Below are positions 1-12,367 of a stretch of DNA of 64,000 bases, piece by piece. This DNA comes from Mustelus asterias (taxonomy: Eukaryota). How positions within the stretch are numbered: the stretch's first letter is position 1; every line of letters begins with the position of its first letter. The notes below the pieces were generated by a model. The model was not told the DNA's origin. It worked only from the letters and a program-made list of their open reading frames with translations, and did no database searches. Location of the stretch: contig NW_027590476.1 in NCBI RefSeq assembly GCF_964213995.1, forward strand, positions 124,001 to 188,000, in the 5' to 3' direction. Made by a program: the position numbers and the translations under genes.

Positions 1-600
1 TTTATTTGGGTCTGGGGGACAATGTCCACTGTTTTATATTTGGGTCTGGGGGATAATGTTCAGTGTTTTATATTCGGGACTGGGGGATAATGTTCACTAT
101 TTTATATTCCGGTCTGGGGGGAGAATGTTCATTACTTTATATTCGGGTCTGGGAGATAATGTTCACTGTTTTATATTTGGGTCTGGGGGGGGATAATGTT
201 CACTGTTTTATATTCGGGTCTGGGGGGATAATGTTCACTGTTTTATATTCGGGTCTGGGGGGGATAATGTTCACTGTTTTATATTCGGGTCTGGGGGGGA
301 TAATGTTCACTGTTTTATATTCGGGTCTGGGGGAGATAATGTTCACTGTTTTATATTCGGGTCTGGGGGGGATAATGTTCACTGTTTTATATTCGGGTCT
401 GGGGGGGATAATGTTCACTGTTTTACATTCGGGTCTGGGGGGATAATGTTCACTGTTTTATATTCGGGTCTGGGGGATAATGTTCACTGTTTTATATTCG
501 GGTCTGGGGGGGATAATGTTCACTGTTTTATATTCGGGTCTGGGGGAGAATGTTCACTGTTTTATATTCGGGTCTGGGGGAGATAATGTTCACTGTCTGG
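1..600. repeat. Minisatellite, ~38-41 bp unit (GGGATAATGTTCACTGTTTTATATTCGGGTCTGG(G)n), ~15 copies
   Basis: Direct tandem repetition with variable G-run length; ORFs 63..446 and 200..418 are only translations of the repeat. Confidence 0.95.
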
Positions 601-2286
601 GGTTTGTTCGCTCGGGTTGATTCTGCCTACTGTGCATTCTCGGTTGTCAGAGCTCTCAATAAAAGCCCTAATTTCCAGTCAGTGACTGAGTTGTCTCTGA
701 TGGGATGGGGAACCAGAGTGGGGGTAATGTGGTTCATGGACAGCGATGGGTTGGAGTGAGTATAAAATAAACCCGTTCTGCACCAGGTAATTGTGAGAAC
801 ATTAAAACCATCACAAAAAATCATAGCACCATGTTGGAAAACAGAATACTTTGGCTCAATCTTTGATCAATTTTGTTTGATTCAATATTTTGAGTGGCTT
901 GTTGGATTGCTGGTTATTTTCTAACGGCAGCTCGGCACCATCATTTTGACCATCAACTCGGCCCTGGCGACTGCTGCATTTTTCCAGCACCTTCTGTTTT
1001 AATTTTAAGTGGAACCTTAATATCTGCTTAGTACACAGGCCAATTTATCATTCTAGGGGTGAGTGTGTCTGAGAGGTATGCAACTAGAAAACATTTTCCA
1101 TTCATCTCCTAGATTGCTGCAGTATATATACATTGTTCTCACTCTGCCAGCAGGGCTGTGAGATTAATTGGATCGATCTTAAAGACAGCCCGACTGGGCA
1201 GGATGAGCCAAATGGTTTCCATCTGTGATGTATCATTCCATAAAACAGAATATTCAGCATCAGGAAAAAGAAAGTGAAAGAAACCAATCTCTGTGGGATT
1301 TACCCAACCAGTATGAGCACCTTCAGATCTGCTCGGATGAGGAGGATCGCAACAGACACCTCCAGACGCTGAAAGATGCCCTCATAAGAACAGGATATGG
1401 CGCTCGACTCATCAATCAACAGTTCCGATGCGCCAGAGCGAAAAACCGCACCGACCTCCTCAGAAGACAAACACGGGACACAGTGGACAGAGTACCCTTC
1501 GTCGTCCAGTACTTCCCCGGAGCGGAGAAGCTACGGCATCTCCTCCGGAGCCTTCAACATGTCATTGATGAAGACGAACATCTCGCCAAGGCCATCCCCA
1601 CACCCCCACTTCTTGCCTTCAAACAACCACGCAACCTCAAACAGACCATTGTCCGCAGCAAACTACCCAGCCTTCAGGAGAACAGTGACCAGGACACCAC
1701 ACAACCCTGCCACAGCAACCTCTGCAAGACGTGCCGGATCATCGACACGGATGCCATCATCTCACGTGAGAACACCATCTACCAGGTACACGGTACCTAC
1801 TCTTGCAACTCGGCCAACGTTGTCTACCTGATACGCTGCAAGAAAGAATGTCCCGAGGCATGGTACATTGGGGAAACCATGCAGACGCTACGACAATGGA
1901 TGAATGAACACCGCTCGACAATCACCAGGCGAGACTGTTCTCTTCCTGTGGGGGAGCACTTCAGCGGTCACGGGCATTCAGCCTTGGATCTTCAGGTAAG
2001 CGTTCTCCAAGGCGGCCTTCATGACACACGACAGCGCAGAGTCGCTGAGCAGAAACTGATAGCCAAGTTCCGCACACATGAGGACGGCCTAAACCGGGAT
2101 GTTGGATTTATGTCACATTATCAGTAACCCCCCACAGCTTGCCTCCTGGACTTGCAGAATTTCACTAGCTGTTCTGTCTGGAGACAATACACATCTCTTT
2201 AACCTGTGTTTCATGCTCCCTCCACCCACATTGTCTGTACATTTAAGACCTGGCTGGCTGTAGAGATTTGCATTCTAATCAGTATA

Positions 2287-2622
2287 GGGCGGCACAGTAG
2301 CACAGTGGTTAGCACTGCTGCTTCACAGCTCCAGGGTCCCGGGTTCGATTCCTGGCTTGGGTCACTGTCTGTGTGGAGTTTGCACATTCTCCTCGTGTCT
2401 GCGTGGGTTTCCTCCGGGTGCTCCGGTTTCCTCCCACAGTCCAAAGATGTGCGGGTTAGGTTGATTGGCCAGGTTAAAAATTGTCCCTTAGAGTCCTGGG
2501 ATGCATAGGTTAGAGGGATTAGCGGGTAAATATGTGGGGGTAGGGCCTGGGTGGGATTGTGGTCGGTGCAGACTCGATGGGCCGAATGGCCTCCTTCTGC
2601 ACTGTAGGATTTCTATGATTCT
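2287..2622 (+). mobile_element. HE1-type tRNA-derived SINE
   Basis: GGGCGGCACAGTAGCACAGTGGTTAGCACTG head, GGTTCGATTCC B box, GTGGAGTTTGCACATTCTCC core, CR1-like tail ATGGGCCGAATGGCCT..TTCTATG. Confidence 0.9.
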
Positions 2623-2672
2623 GTAATTTGATTTCTGTGTCTGTTTGCACTGTTTGAGAACAGATATCCACT

Positions 2673-2709
2673 CCATCTGACGAAGGAGCTGTGCTCCGAA
2701 AGCTTATGG
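2673..2709 (+). ncRNA. Minimal type-I hammerhead ribozyme motif in PLE pLTR
   Basis: CCAT-CTGACGA-A-GGAGC-tgt-GCTCC-GAAA-GC-TT-ATGG: CUGANGA and GAAA core boxes, 5-bp stem II, 4-bp stem I, palindromic AAGCTT stem III as described for PLE hammerheads. Confidence 0.75.
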
Positions 2710-2864
2710 TATTTTCTACCAAATAAACCTGTTGGACTTTAACCTGGTGTTGCGAGACTTCTTACTGCACCTTCAGGAGAGCAGAGAGGGAAACCAGTGG
2801 GGAAAGTTTTAAAAACTCGGGGTATTCCCACAGGAGAGCACTGGTTTAAATCAATTTTAGAAAT

Positions 2865-3300
2865 AGAGAATGGCGGCGCACAAATTCCGAGGAATGCATT
2901 TAAAAAAATTAATTGATCTTAATTGCACAAGATAATTTTCTATTATTGTCTTTGACAATGACGCCGTTAATTCCCAGGTGCCCCTGCGGGTGTGAGAGTG
3001 TCCTATTCATTCCACAGGAGCCTATTACGCAAGCGCAGTGCTGTATCTGGAGCATGCGCAGTGTCACTTTGCTTGGAGCCATGCGAGTGCGGGAGACGCT
3101 TTTTTCAGCGGGTGAGTCGGTGGGGCTGCGGGAGAAATGTCGTCGGGGTCGGGGTAGGGAGCGAGCTATGGCTTCACAAACATCTGCTGTGGGCCGCACG
3201 GCCCGAATAGACCCTGCAGGTCCCGGGTTTACAGCTCCCAGGCTTTTATCCCGGGAACAGGCCCCGGTTATCGCCCGCCATCTTGTTTCAGCGGAGACGG
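2865..3300 (+). promoter_or_regulatory. CpG-rich promoter / non-coding first exon, probably of the ZNF gene at 7661-8786
   Basis: CpG-dense; NRF1-like GCATGCGCA (3052-3060); YY1-like AATGGCGG (2869) and CGCCATCTT (3276); splice donor G|GTGAGT at 3112. Confidence 0.55.
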
Positions 3301-3304
3301 AGAG

Positions 3305-3578
3305 CGCATCGAGTCTGTACCGATCACAATCCCACCCAGGCCCCATCCTCACAACCCCATGCATTTATCTCGCTAATCCCCCTGACACGGGTCAATTTAT
3401 CATGGCCAATCCACCTGACCCGCACATCTTTGAACTGGGAGGAAACCGGAGCACCCGGAGGAAACCCACGCAGACATGGGGAGAATGTGCAAACTCCATC
3501 CAGACAGTGACCCGAGGCCGGAATTGAACCTGGGACCCTGGCACTGTGAGGCAGCAGTGCTAGCCACCGTGCCGCCCT
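3305..3578 (-). mobile_element. HE1-type SINE
   Basis: Reverse complement of the 2287-2622 family (..CCACCGTGCCGCCC end on the + strand). Confidence 0.85.
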
Positions 3579-4127
3579 TAAATTCCCAGATGTTTCAATG
3601 AGATTACTTCTCAGTCTTCTAACCTCCAAAGAGTACAGGCCCAAACTGCTCAACCTGAAAGATAAAACTCCTCATTTCAGGAATCAACCCACTGAATCTT
3701 CTCTGAACTGTTCCCACTGCAATTTTGTCCCAGCTAAAGTAATTCTGTGCCAGGTAGGAGGAGTGAATGTTTTGAATTTCTGTTCTGGACAGATGCTGAT
3801 GGATCTTGGAAACTCCTTTTACAGGAGGTTAGAAGGGGAGGATTTACACACAAGAAACTCAGACCAAAAGAAATGTTTGTCTGTCCTGAATTTCTCACCT
3901 TGAATTACACCTATAACTTCTGTCATTTACAGGGAGAAGATTTGAAGATTTCAACATTTTCCCCCGGACACCAATTCTCTGAGATCTTTGCAGCTGCAGA
4001 CTCCAGCAGGAGATTTAAAAATGTGAAAACAGTGAAATTATTTTGGGGTGAGTGTTACTGGGCATTAATTAAATTTAGTGCATTTTCTGATTCTATGGAT
4101 CTCAGGCTGACTCCTTTACCATGGATG

Positions 4128-4404
4128 GGGAGGCAATGGCGCAGTGATAGTTTCATTGGATTAGTAGTACAGGGATCCAGGGCAATACACTGTGAACCCT
4201 GGGTTCGAATCCCACAACTGCAGATGTTGCAATTTGAATTCAGTAAAAATCTAGAATTAGAAGTCCATTGATGACAATTGTCATGAAAATCCATCTGATT
4301 TAATAATGTCCTTTAAAGAAGGAAATTACCACATCCCCCAGCAATGCAAGCCACTCCGTTCAAGGGCAATGAGTTATGGGCAATAGATGGTGACACAGCC
4401 AGCA
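4128..4404 (+). mobile_element. Old tRNA-derived SINE (possibly SacSINE1/Deu-domain type)
   Basis: TGGCGCAGTG A-box-like and GGTTCGAATCC B box, followed by a degenerate body (AATGTCCTTTAAAGAAGGAAAT). Confidence 0.5.
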
Positions 4405-5335
4405 CATAGAGTCATAGAACAATACGCATGGAAACAGGCCCTTCAGCCCAACTGATCCATGCCAACCATGGTGCCCTCCCAGCTAGTTCCAATTGCCCGC
4501 GTTTGACCCATTTCCCTCTAATCCTTTCCAATCCATGTACTTCTCCAAATGCTTTTTAAATGTTGCTATTAAACCTGCCTCAACCACTTTCTCTGGCAGC
4601 TCATTCCATACACACACCATCCTCTGCGTGAAGAAGTTGTCCCTTGGGTCCCTTTTAAATCTTTCCCCTCTCACCTTAAACCCATGCCCTCTAGTTTTCA
4701 ATTGCCCTACCCTGGCAAAAAGACTATGTGGGTTCATCCTATCTATGCCCCCCATGATTTAATACACCTCAATATAGTCACCCCACATTCTCCTACATTC
4801 GAAGGAATAAAGCCCTTACCTGTCCAACGTCTCGCGATCACTCAGGCCCATTAGTCCCGGCAACATCCTCATAAATCTTCTTTACACTCTTTCCAGTTTA
4901 TCAATGTCTTTCCTATAAAAGTGTTACAAAAACTGCACACAATACTCCAAGTGCGGCCTCACCAGTGACTTATACAACTATAACATAATGTCCCAACTCC
5001 TATACTCAGTGCTCTGACTGATGAAGGCCAGTGTGCTAAATGCCTTCTTCACCACTCTGTCTGCCTGTGACATCACTTTCAACGAACTATGTACTTGTAC
5101 TCCTGGGTTCCTCTGTTCCTCAACACTCCTCAGGGCCTTACCATTCACTGTATAAGTCCTACCCTGGTTTGACTTTCCAAAATGCAACACTCACACTTGG
5201 CTGTACTGAAATCCATCTGCCAATTCTCGGCCCACTTCCCTAACTGATCAAGATGTAATTTTTGATAACTTTCTTCGCTATCAGCTCCTAATTTAGTATC
5301 GTCTGCAAATTTACTAACCATGCTTTGTACATCCA
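4405..5335 (-). mobile_element. CR1 LINE 3' fragment (degenerate RT C-terminus)
   Basis: Minus-strand peptides [29 protein letters not shown]; CR1 3' UTR stem-loop. Confidence 0.9.
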
Positions 5336-5534
5336 TGAATGAATTTTTAACCAGCCATCCATTTCGCTGTTTCACCTCTACCCTACCTGATCAGTTCCCT
5401 GCCATTGTCTAATTCCCTCTGCCTCTAATTATTGGGTGTATTTTAACTGTTATTTCCACAAGTTATGTCTTGTTTCTACCGCTTCACAACTCTGTTCACT
5501 GCTGATTTACCAACTAAGTCTTAAAATGTTATAG

Positions 5535-7105
5535 TGTCATAGAGGTTTACAGCATGGAAACAGGCCCTTCGGCCCAACATGCCACCCTTTTTTTTAAACC
5601 CCAAAGCTAGTCCCAACTGTCCGCGTTTGGCCCATATCCCTCTGTACCCTCTTACCCATGTAACTGTCTAAACGCTTTTTAAAAGACAAAATTGTACCCG
5701 CCTCTACTACTGCCTCTGGCAGCTTGTTTCAGATACTTACCACCCTCTGTGTGTGAAAAAATTGCCCCTCTGGACCCTTTTGTATCTCTCCCCCCTCACC
5801 TTAAACCTATGCCCTCTAGTTTTAGACCCCCCTACCTTTGGGAAAAGCAATAGACTATCTAGCTGATCTGTGCCCCTCTATTTTATAGACGTCTGTAAGA
5901 TCACCCCTCAGCCTTCTACACTCCAGAGAAAAAAGTCCCAGTCTATCCAGCCTCTCCTTATAACTCAAACTATCAAGTCCTGGTAGCATCCTAGTAAATC
6001 TTTTCTGTACTCTTTCTAGTTTAATAATATCCTTTCTATAACAGGGTGACCAGAACTGTACATAGTATTCCAAGTGTGGCCTTACCAATGTCTTGTACAA
6101 CTTCAACAAGACTCCTGTATTCAATGTTCTGACCAATGAAACCAAGCATGCTGAATGCCTTCTTCACCACTCTGTCCACCTGTGACTCCACTTTCAAGGA
6201 GCTATGAACATGTACCCCGAGATCTCTTTCTCTGTCACTCTCCCCAACACCCTGCCATTAACTGAGTAAGTCCTGCCCTGGTTCAACCTATCAAAATGCA
6301 TCGCTTCACATTTATCTAAATTAAACTCCATCTACCATTCGTCAGCCCACTGGCCCAATCGATCAAGATCCCGTTGCAATCCGAGATAACCTTCTTCACT
6401 GTCCACTATGCCACCAAACTTGGTGTCATCTGCAAACTTACTAACCATGCCTCCTATATTTTCATCCAAATCATTAATATAAATGACAAATAACAGTGGG
6501 CCCAGCACTGATCCCTGAGGCTGGTCACAGGTCTCCAGTTTGAAAAACAACCCTCTACAACCACCTCTGTCTTCTGTCATCAAGCCAATTTTGTATCCAA
6601 TGAGCTACCTCACCCTGGATCCCGTGAGACGTAACCTTATGCAACAACCTACCATGCGGTACCTTGTCAAAGGCCTTGCTAAAGTCCATGTAGACAACAT
6701 AAACACCTTCAAACAACTCAATCAACTTTGTGAGACATGATTTTCCACTCACAAAGCCATGCTGACTGTCCCTAATCAGTCCTTGAGTCTCTGAATGCCT
6801 GTAGATCCTGTCTCTCAAAATACCTTCCAACAACTTACCTACCACAGATGTGAGGCTCACTGGCCTGCAGTTCCCAGGCTTTTCCCTGCAGCCCTTTTTA
6901 AACAAAGGCACAACATTTGTCACCCTCCAATCTTCAGGTACCTCACCTGTGACTATCGATGATTTAAATATCTCTGTTAGGGGACCCTCAATTTCCTCCC
7001 TAGCCTCCCACAAAGTCCTGGGATACACTTCATCAGGTCCCGGGGATTTATCTACCTTGATGCGCTTTAAGACTTCCAGCACCTCCTCCTCTGTAATATG
7101 TATAC
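5535..7105 (-). mobile_element. CR1 LINE ORF2 fragment
   Basis: [45 protein letters not shown] across frameshifted ORFs. Confidence 0.92.
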
Positions 7106-7660
7106 TGCTCAAAAATCTTTGATGCAAAATCTACAATTCATTGTCTCCCAAGAATATGGGTTCTCATCAAGTGGAGGTGACTTTGCCAGCTTGGGTACAT
7201 TCACAGGATAGAGGATGATCATCCCAGTGACTCAGCAAAAAGAGCCAACACCGAAAACAACAACCCACAACCAGACCTGAGAACCATTTCATATGTGGCA
7301 CTTGAAACAGAACCGCCTCTCACAGATTGGTCTCTGCAGCCAACAGTATCAGTGAACCAGAGAGTGGGTGGGCCTTGAGGGTCCCAGTGACCAGGGGTGA
7401 AAACAATCTTCTTGATTTTGCACAGAGGTGCAAGAGAACTGAAGCCAGACAGACTGGAGGGAGGGAATGGAGGACAGAAATGGTGGGGATGGTGAGATGG
7501 GTTTGGATTTCGGCCCAGGGAGGAGGGAGTGTGTGTGAGACGGGGATTTACAGATTTGGGGCAACAAGAGAGGAAAGAATGTTCTAGAGAAATTAGAATT
7601 GTCTGATATGAATTTCTATCCTGGACTGACCGTGATTAATTTTGTAAACTCTTTTTACAG

Positions 7661-8786
7661 ATCTTACAAGGGAAAGATTTGTAGATGCAAAACTCAAAAC
7701 GAACATTTTGGTTTGAGTCACTCAACTATTCATCAACCTTTCAATGTGGAAGGAGAAATGTTTATCTGTGGAAAAGATCTTAAACATCAGTGCAACTGGA
7801 GAAACACCAAGACACACACACACCCGAGTGAAGGTGTTCCAGTGAACTGATTGTGGAAAGAGCTTTAACCAGTTACATCCTGAAAAAACATCACACCATT
7901 CACAGTGGGGAGCAAACACATGTTCTGTATGTGGACGAGGCTTCAACTGATCTCTAGGCTGGAGAGACAGGAAGAGACCCAGACCATGGAGAAACCTTGG
8001 AAATGTGGGGACTGTGGGAAGGGATTCAAGTCTTCTTTCCGGCTGGATATCCATCAACGCATTCACACTGGGGAGAAGCCATTCCTCTGTTCTGTGTGTG
8101 GGAAGGGATTTACCAAGACAACCTACCTGATGTTACACCAGAGAATTCACACTGAGGAGAGGCCCTTCAGCTGCACTCACTGTGGGAAGAGGTTCAACAG
8201 CACATCCAGCCTCGCTACACACCAGCGGATTCACACTGGGGTGAAGCCGTTCACCTGCCCTGTGTGCGGTGAGAGATTCACTCGGTCATCCGGCCTTTGG
8301 ACACATCAGTGAATTCACACCGAGGAGAAACCGTTCAGCTGCATTTCCTGTGGAAAGAGTTTTGGACAGTCATCCACCCTGACTGCTCACCAACGCACTC
8401 ACACCGGGGAGAGACCGTTCAGCTGCTCCGTGTGTGGGAAGAAATTCTCCCAGTCATTCGATCTGGTGAGACACCAGCGACTTCACACCGGGGAGAGACC
8501 ATTCACCTGCTCGGTGTGTGGGAAGGGATTCACTCGGTTATTCACCCTCCAGTCCCACCACCGCACTCACACTCAGGAGAATCCATTCAGCTGCAGTACC
8601 TGTGGAAAGAGTTTCAAGCAGTCATCCAACCTTCTGACTCACCAACGCACTCACTCTGGGGAGAGGCCTTTCACCTGCTCCTTGTGTGGAAAGGCATTCA
8701 CAAGGTCCTCCAGCCTGCTGAGACACCAGCAAATTCATAATAGACTGCAAGGATTGGATTCTGCTTTTAATCACAGCCTGGATTGA
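7661..8786 (+). pseudogene. C2H2 zinc-finger gene A (9 fingers) with an in-frame stop in finger 4
   Basis: Acceptor TTTTTACAG| at 7660; ATG of MEKPWKC at 7986. ORFs 7905..8312 and 8430..8786 are in the same frame, separated only by TGA at 8310-8312 (HQ*IH, likely CGA>TGA). Confidence 0.85.
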
Positions 8787-8861
8787 TAGTCTGACAATAT
8801 CTGGTTTGTTTCTGCTGATGTTAACATCCCTACAACTTTAAAGTTTTAAAAAAAATTATTA

Positions 8862-9122
8862 GTCACAAGTAAGGCTTAGATTAACACTGCAATGAAGTTA
8901 CTGAGAAATGCCCCGATTCACCAAACTCCGGTGCCTGTTCAGGTCAGTGCACCTAACCAGCACATCTTTCAGACTGTGGGAGGAAACAGGAGCACCTGGA
9001 GGAAATCCACAAATCACGGGGAGAACATGCAAACTCCACACAATGACCCAAGCCAGGAATCGAACCTGGGTCACTGGTGCTGTGAGGCAGCAGTACTAAC
9101 CACTGTGCCACCGTGCCGTCCC
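8862..9122 (-). mobile_element. HE1-related SINE variant
   Basis: Reverse-complement HE1 head/core with an alternative 3' part (TTAACACTGCAATGAAGTTACTG on +). Confidence 0.75.
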
Positions 9123-9494
9123 TGGCTGGGGTTTAATATTCTGGAGATGTCACTGATTTTCGGAGCTGCAATGTTCCTTTTCAAAAGCACCTTCTGTGAT
9201 CTTTCTCCTTAATTCAAGAATCCTCAACAAGAACCTGTTCATAAAGTTAACAATAAAATTACGAACTTTACTTCAGTCCTAAATTAATTAATCTTTTCTG
9301 CAAATCTGTGTGTGAGAGATTCCACTGATTAACATCTCCAATGAGAAAGTGCTGATTAATCCTTGCTGATAATTCTGACTGACCTCTTCACAGTGATGTG
9401 TCCATTATGAAATTCAATTGTGAAGGAACCTAAACAAAGTAGTGAAATATTATACAGGCACGATAAAAGTTTACATAAAAACTTAAACAACACA

Positions 9495-10350
9495 GATAAC
9501 CCGGATAAATGTGTAGTGGTACAACCCGGATAAATGTGTAGTGGGACATTTTGGAACCTGGATAAATGTGTAGTGGTACATTTCGGCAGGTCAAATGGGA
9601 TGAAGGAGTATAATATCAAGGGTAAGACTCTTAGCAGTGTAGAGGATCAGAAATACCTTGGGGTCCGGGTCCATAGGACTCTTAAATCGGCCTCGCAGGT
9701 AGAGGAGGTGGTTAAGAAGGTGTATGGTGTGCTGGCCTTCATCAATCGAGGGATTGAGTTCAGGAGTCGGGAGATAATGATGCAGCTTTATAAGACCCTC
9801 GACAGACCCCACTGAGAGGTCTGTGCTGAGTTCTGGTCGCCTCATTACAGAAAGGATGTAGAAATTATTGAAAAGGTGCAGAGAAGATTAACAAGGATGT
9901 TGCCTGGATTGGGTGGCATGCCTTATGAGGATAGGTTGAGGGAGCTCGGTCTTTTCTCCTTGGAGAGACGAAGGATGAGAGGTGACGTGATAGAGCTGTA
10001 CAAGATGTTGAGAGGTACAGATCGGGTGGATTCTCAGAGGCTTTTTCCCAGGGCTGAAATGGCTGCTACGAGAGGACACAGGTTTAAGGTGCTGGGTAGT
10101 AGGTACATAGGAGATGTCAGGGGTAAGTTTTTCACTCGGAGGGTGGTGGGTGAGTGGAATCGGCTGCCATCAATGGTGGTGGAGGCAAACTCGATAGGGT
10201 CTTTTAAGAGACTCCTGGATGACTACATGGGACTTAATAGGGTTGAGGGTTATAGGTAAGCCTATATATAGGCGTAGGTAGGTAGGGACATGACCGGCGC
10301 AACTTGAGGGCCGAAGGGCTTGTTTGTGCTGCAGTTTTTCTATGTTCTAT
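9495..10350 (+). mobile_element. 5'-truncated CR1 LINE with a triplicated 5' junction motif
   Basis: DKCVVVHFGR, LGLFSLERRRMRGD, FFTRR; (TTCTATG) tail; GGATAAATGTGTAGTGG occurs three times at 9503-9577. Confidence 0.9.
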
Positions 10351-10785
10351 GTCTCATGGTCTTCTGGTATCATAGCTTCCACTTGGCAAAACACTGCGTC
10401 ACATTCAGACATCTGGAAAAGGAAAGGTCTCTGTTCCACTCTGCTGTGATGCGCGCAGTAAACGCGCGTATTTCAGGGGCAGACAGCCGAGCTGCTGCGT
10501 GCCATTCCAACAGAGAAAACGGCTCCTTATTTTCAACGGCACTGATACCTGGGCTGAGGACTGGACTGAGTGAACATATTCACACAGGTTCCATGAATAC
10601 AAACAAAAATTTGCACAAATGAATTTTAAGGTGTCAATTAGACTAACTTGAGCACACAAAGTTGAAGCTTCCTCAAATTATGGTCAGTTGAGTCAGTGAA
10701 GCAGCCGATTATATTTGCAGTGATGTCTGCATTCGAGCTCTTGCTGCTGTTTGAACTGAAGGCGGCTGAATCAAGGATTGCGTTT

Positions 10786-11083
10786 GCCGGGTGTTGTGGC
10801 GCGCACCTGTAATCCCGCTGCTGGGAGGCTGAGGCTGCTGGATTGCTTGAGGTCGGGAGTTCTGGGCTGTTGTTCTCTGTGCCGATCGGGTGTCCACACT
10901 AAGATCAGTATCCGCATGGTGTTCCAAGAGGACTCTGGGAGCACCAGGTGTGCTAAGGAGGGGTGAACCGGCCCAGGTCGGAAACGGAGCAGGTCAAATC
11001 CCCTGTGCTCTTCAGTAGTGGGATAGCACCTGTGAATAGAAGCAGCAGTGCAGCCTGACCAATACAGCGAGACGCTTCCTTTT
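10786..11083 (+). ncRNA. RN7SL: 7SL / SRP RNA gene (divergent variant), copy 1
   Basis: Colinear with vertebrate 7SL from GCCGGG to TTTT, 298 nt. Helix-8 region GGTGAACCGGCCCAGGTCGGAAACGGAGCAGGTCAAA matches the human sequence as recalled; Pol III T4 terminator present. Confidence 0.95.
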
Positions 11084-12322
11084 CTCCACACCTTCAATCG
11101 CAGCAAACAAACTGTTTTGCCGTTCCCATCAATGCAGACAAACCCGATGCCTCTCTGCCTGCCTCCACACTCACTCCCTCTGCTGCCCCTTTCATTCACT
11201 CTCACACCCAATGCTATCACCACAGCAAACTACGCAAGGACACCAAAACCAAGTACACACACTTTTGACCAACCAACTCTCCACCAGCCCTGCACGCTCA
11301 CACGCACCATTCTGCAATTCCCACTTTTACCACTCTCCCCATTCTTTGCCTCCTCAATATCCACCTCACCTTTACTGCTCCCTGCTGCTCCCGGCAGGAA
11401 CTGCACTTTTAAAATCTTCAACTTGCACAATCATGTCAGCCACGGCCACAAGAGGGCGCGAACCTCTTCACCTCCTCCACACTACTCATATCGCGCACAC
11501 ACTTCCCAGCACAACCACCAAACATTCAATCTGTCTCTCGGCTCTCATAACTCCTTCTCGTTTATTTATTCCCTTCTGGCAAATTCTCCACTGTCAACAT
11601 CGAAAGTCTCGAGGCTTTGGACTTGATCTAATGCTGTAAATAAGAGAGTGGGAGAGAAAGAAAGAGAGAGAGAGAAAGAGAGACAGGAAAATGCTCATTG
11701 TAATTTCCAGTTTAATCGCCAAGCCACATTGGCAATTCACAGACACCCCATTGTTCGATGTCCCCTCGACCGAGTCTATTCTCAAAGATAAGACTCGGGG
11801 TGGTGACTGCACCGGAGGGAACGCGCAGAAACCAAGCATTGCGCTTAATAGATTTCACTTCGCAAAAAGTGCGTCAAATTCAGAGATCTGGAAAAGGAAA
11901 GGTCTCTGTTCCACTCTGCTGTGATGCGCGCAGTAACCGTGCGTATTTCAGGGGCAGACAGCCGAGCTGCTGCGTGCCATTCCAACAGAGAAAACGGCTC
12001 CTTATTTTCAACGGCACTGATATCTGGGCTGAGGACTGGACTGAGTCAACATATTCAGACAGGTTCCATGATACAAAGAATAATTCGCACAAATGAATTT
12101 ATGTTGTCAATTCGACTAACTTGAGCATTCAAAGTTGAAGCGTCCTCAAATGATTACCAGTTGAGTCAGTGAAGCAGCCTAGGATATTTGCAGTGATGTC
12201 TGCAGTGGAGCCCTCCTGCTGTTTGAACTGAAGTGGAGATGCCGGCGTTGGACTGGGGTAAACACAGTAAGAAGTTTAACAACACCAGGTTAAAGTCCAA
12301 CAGGTTTATTTGGTAGCAAAAG

Positions 12323-12367
12323 CCACACAAGCTTTCGAGGCTCTGAGCCCCTTCTTCAGGTGAGTGG
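12323..12367 (-). ncRNA. Minimal hammerhead ribozyme motif (left arm of palindrome)
   Basis: Reverse complement of 13285-13329. Confidence 0.7.

Larger units (their letters stand above)
1327..2766 (+). mobile_element. 5'-truncated Penelope-like retroelement (Neptune-type) with GIY-YIG endonuclease and 3' pLTR; HE1 SINE nested inside
   Basis: ORF to 2127 has a Cys-rich linker (PCHSNLCKTC) and GIY-YIG motif (NVVYLIRC..WYIGET). 10-bp TSD GCACCTTCAG at 1317-1326 and 2767-2776. Terminal AATAAACCTGTTGGACTTTAACCTGGTG is shared with other PLE ends in the window. Confidence 0.9.

Noticed and set aside
1-600. CRISPR-like regular repeats and a hydrophobic repetitive ORF
   Set aside because: No unique spacers, eukaryotic context; an ordinary minisatellite.
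2287-2360. tRNA genes at SINE heads
   Set aside because: A/B boxes are followed by SINE core and CR1-like tails; no complete cloverleaf.
10786-11083. Alu-like SINE or primate contamination
   Set aside because: Contains the complete S domain, lacks poly(A)/TSD and shares flanks among copies: these are 7SL genes.
10320-12124. Recurrent ORFs in the 7SL spacer suggesting a small protein gene
   Set aside because: They recur only because of the DNA repeat; frames and ends differ between units and no domain is recognisable.
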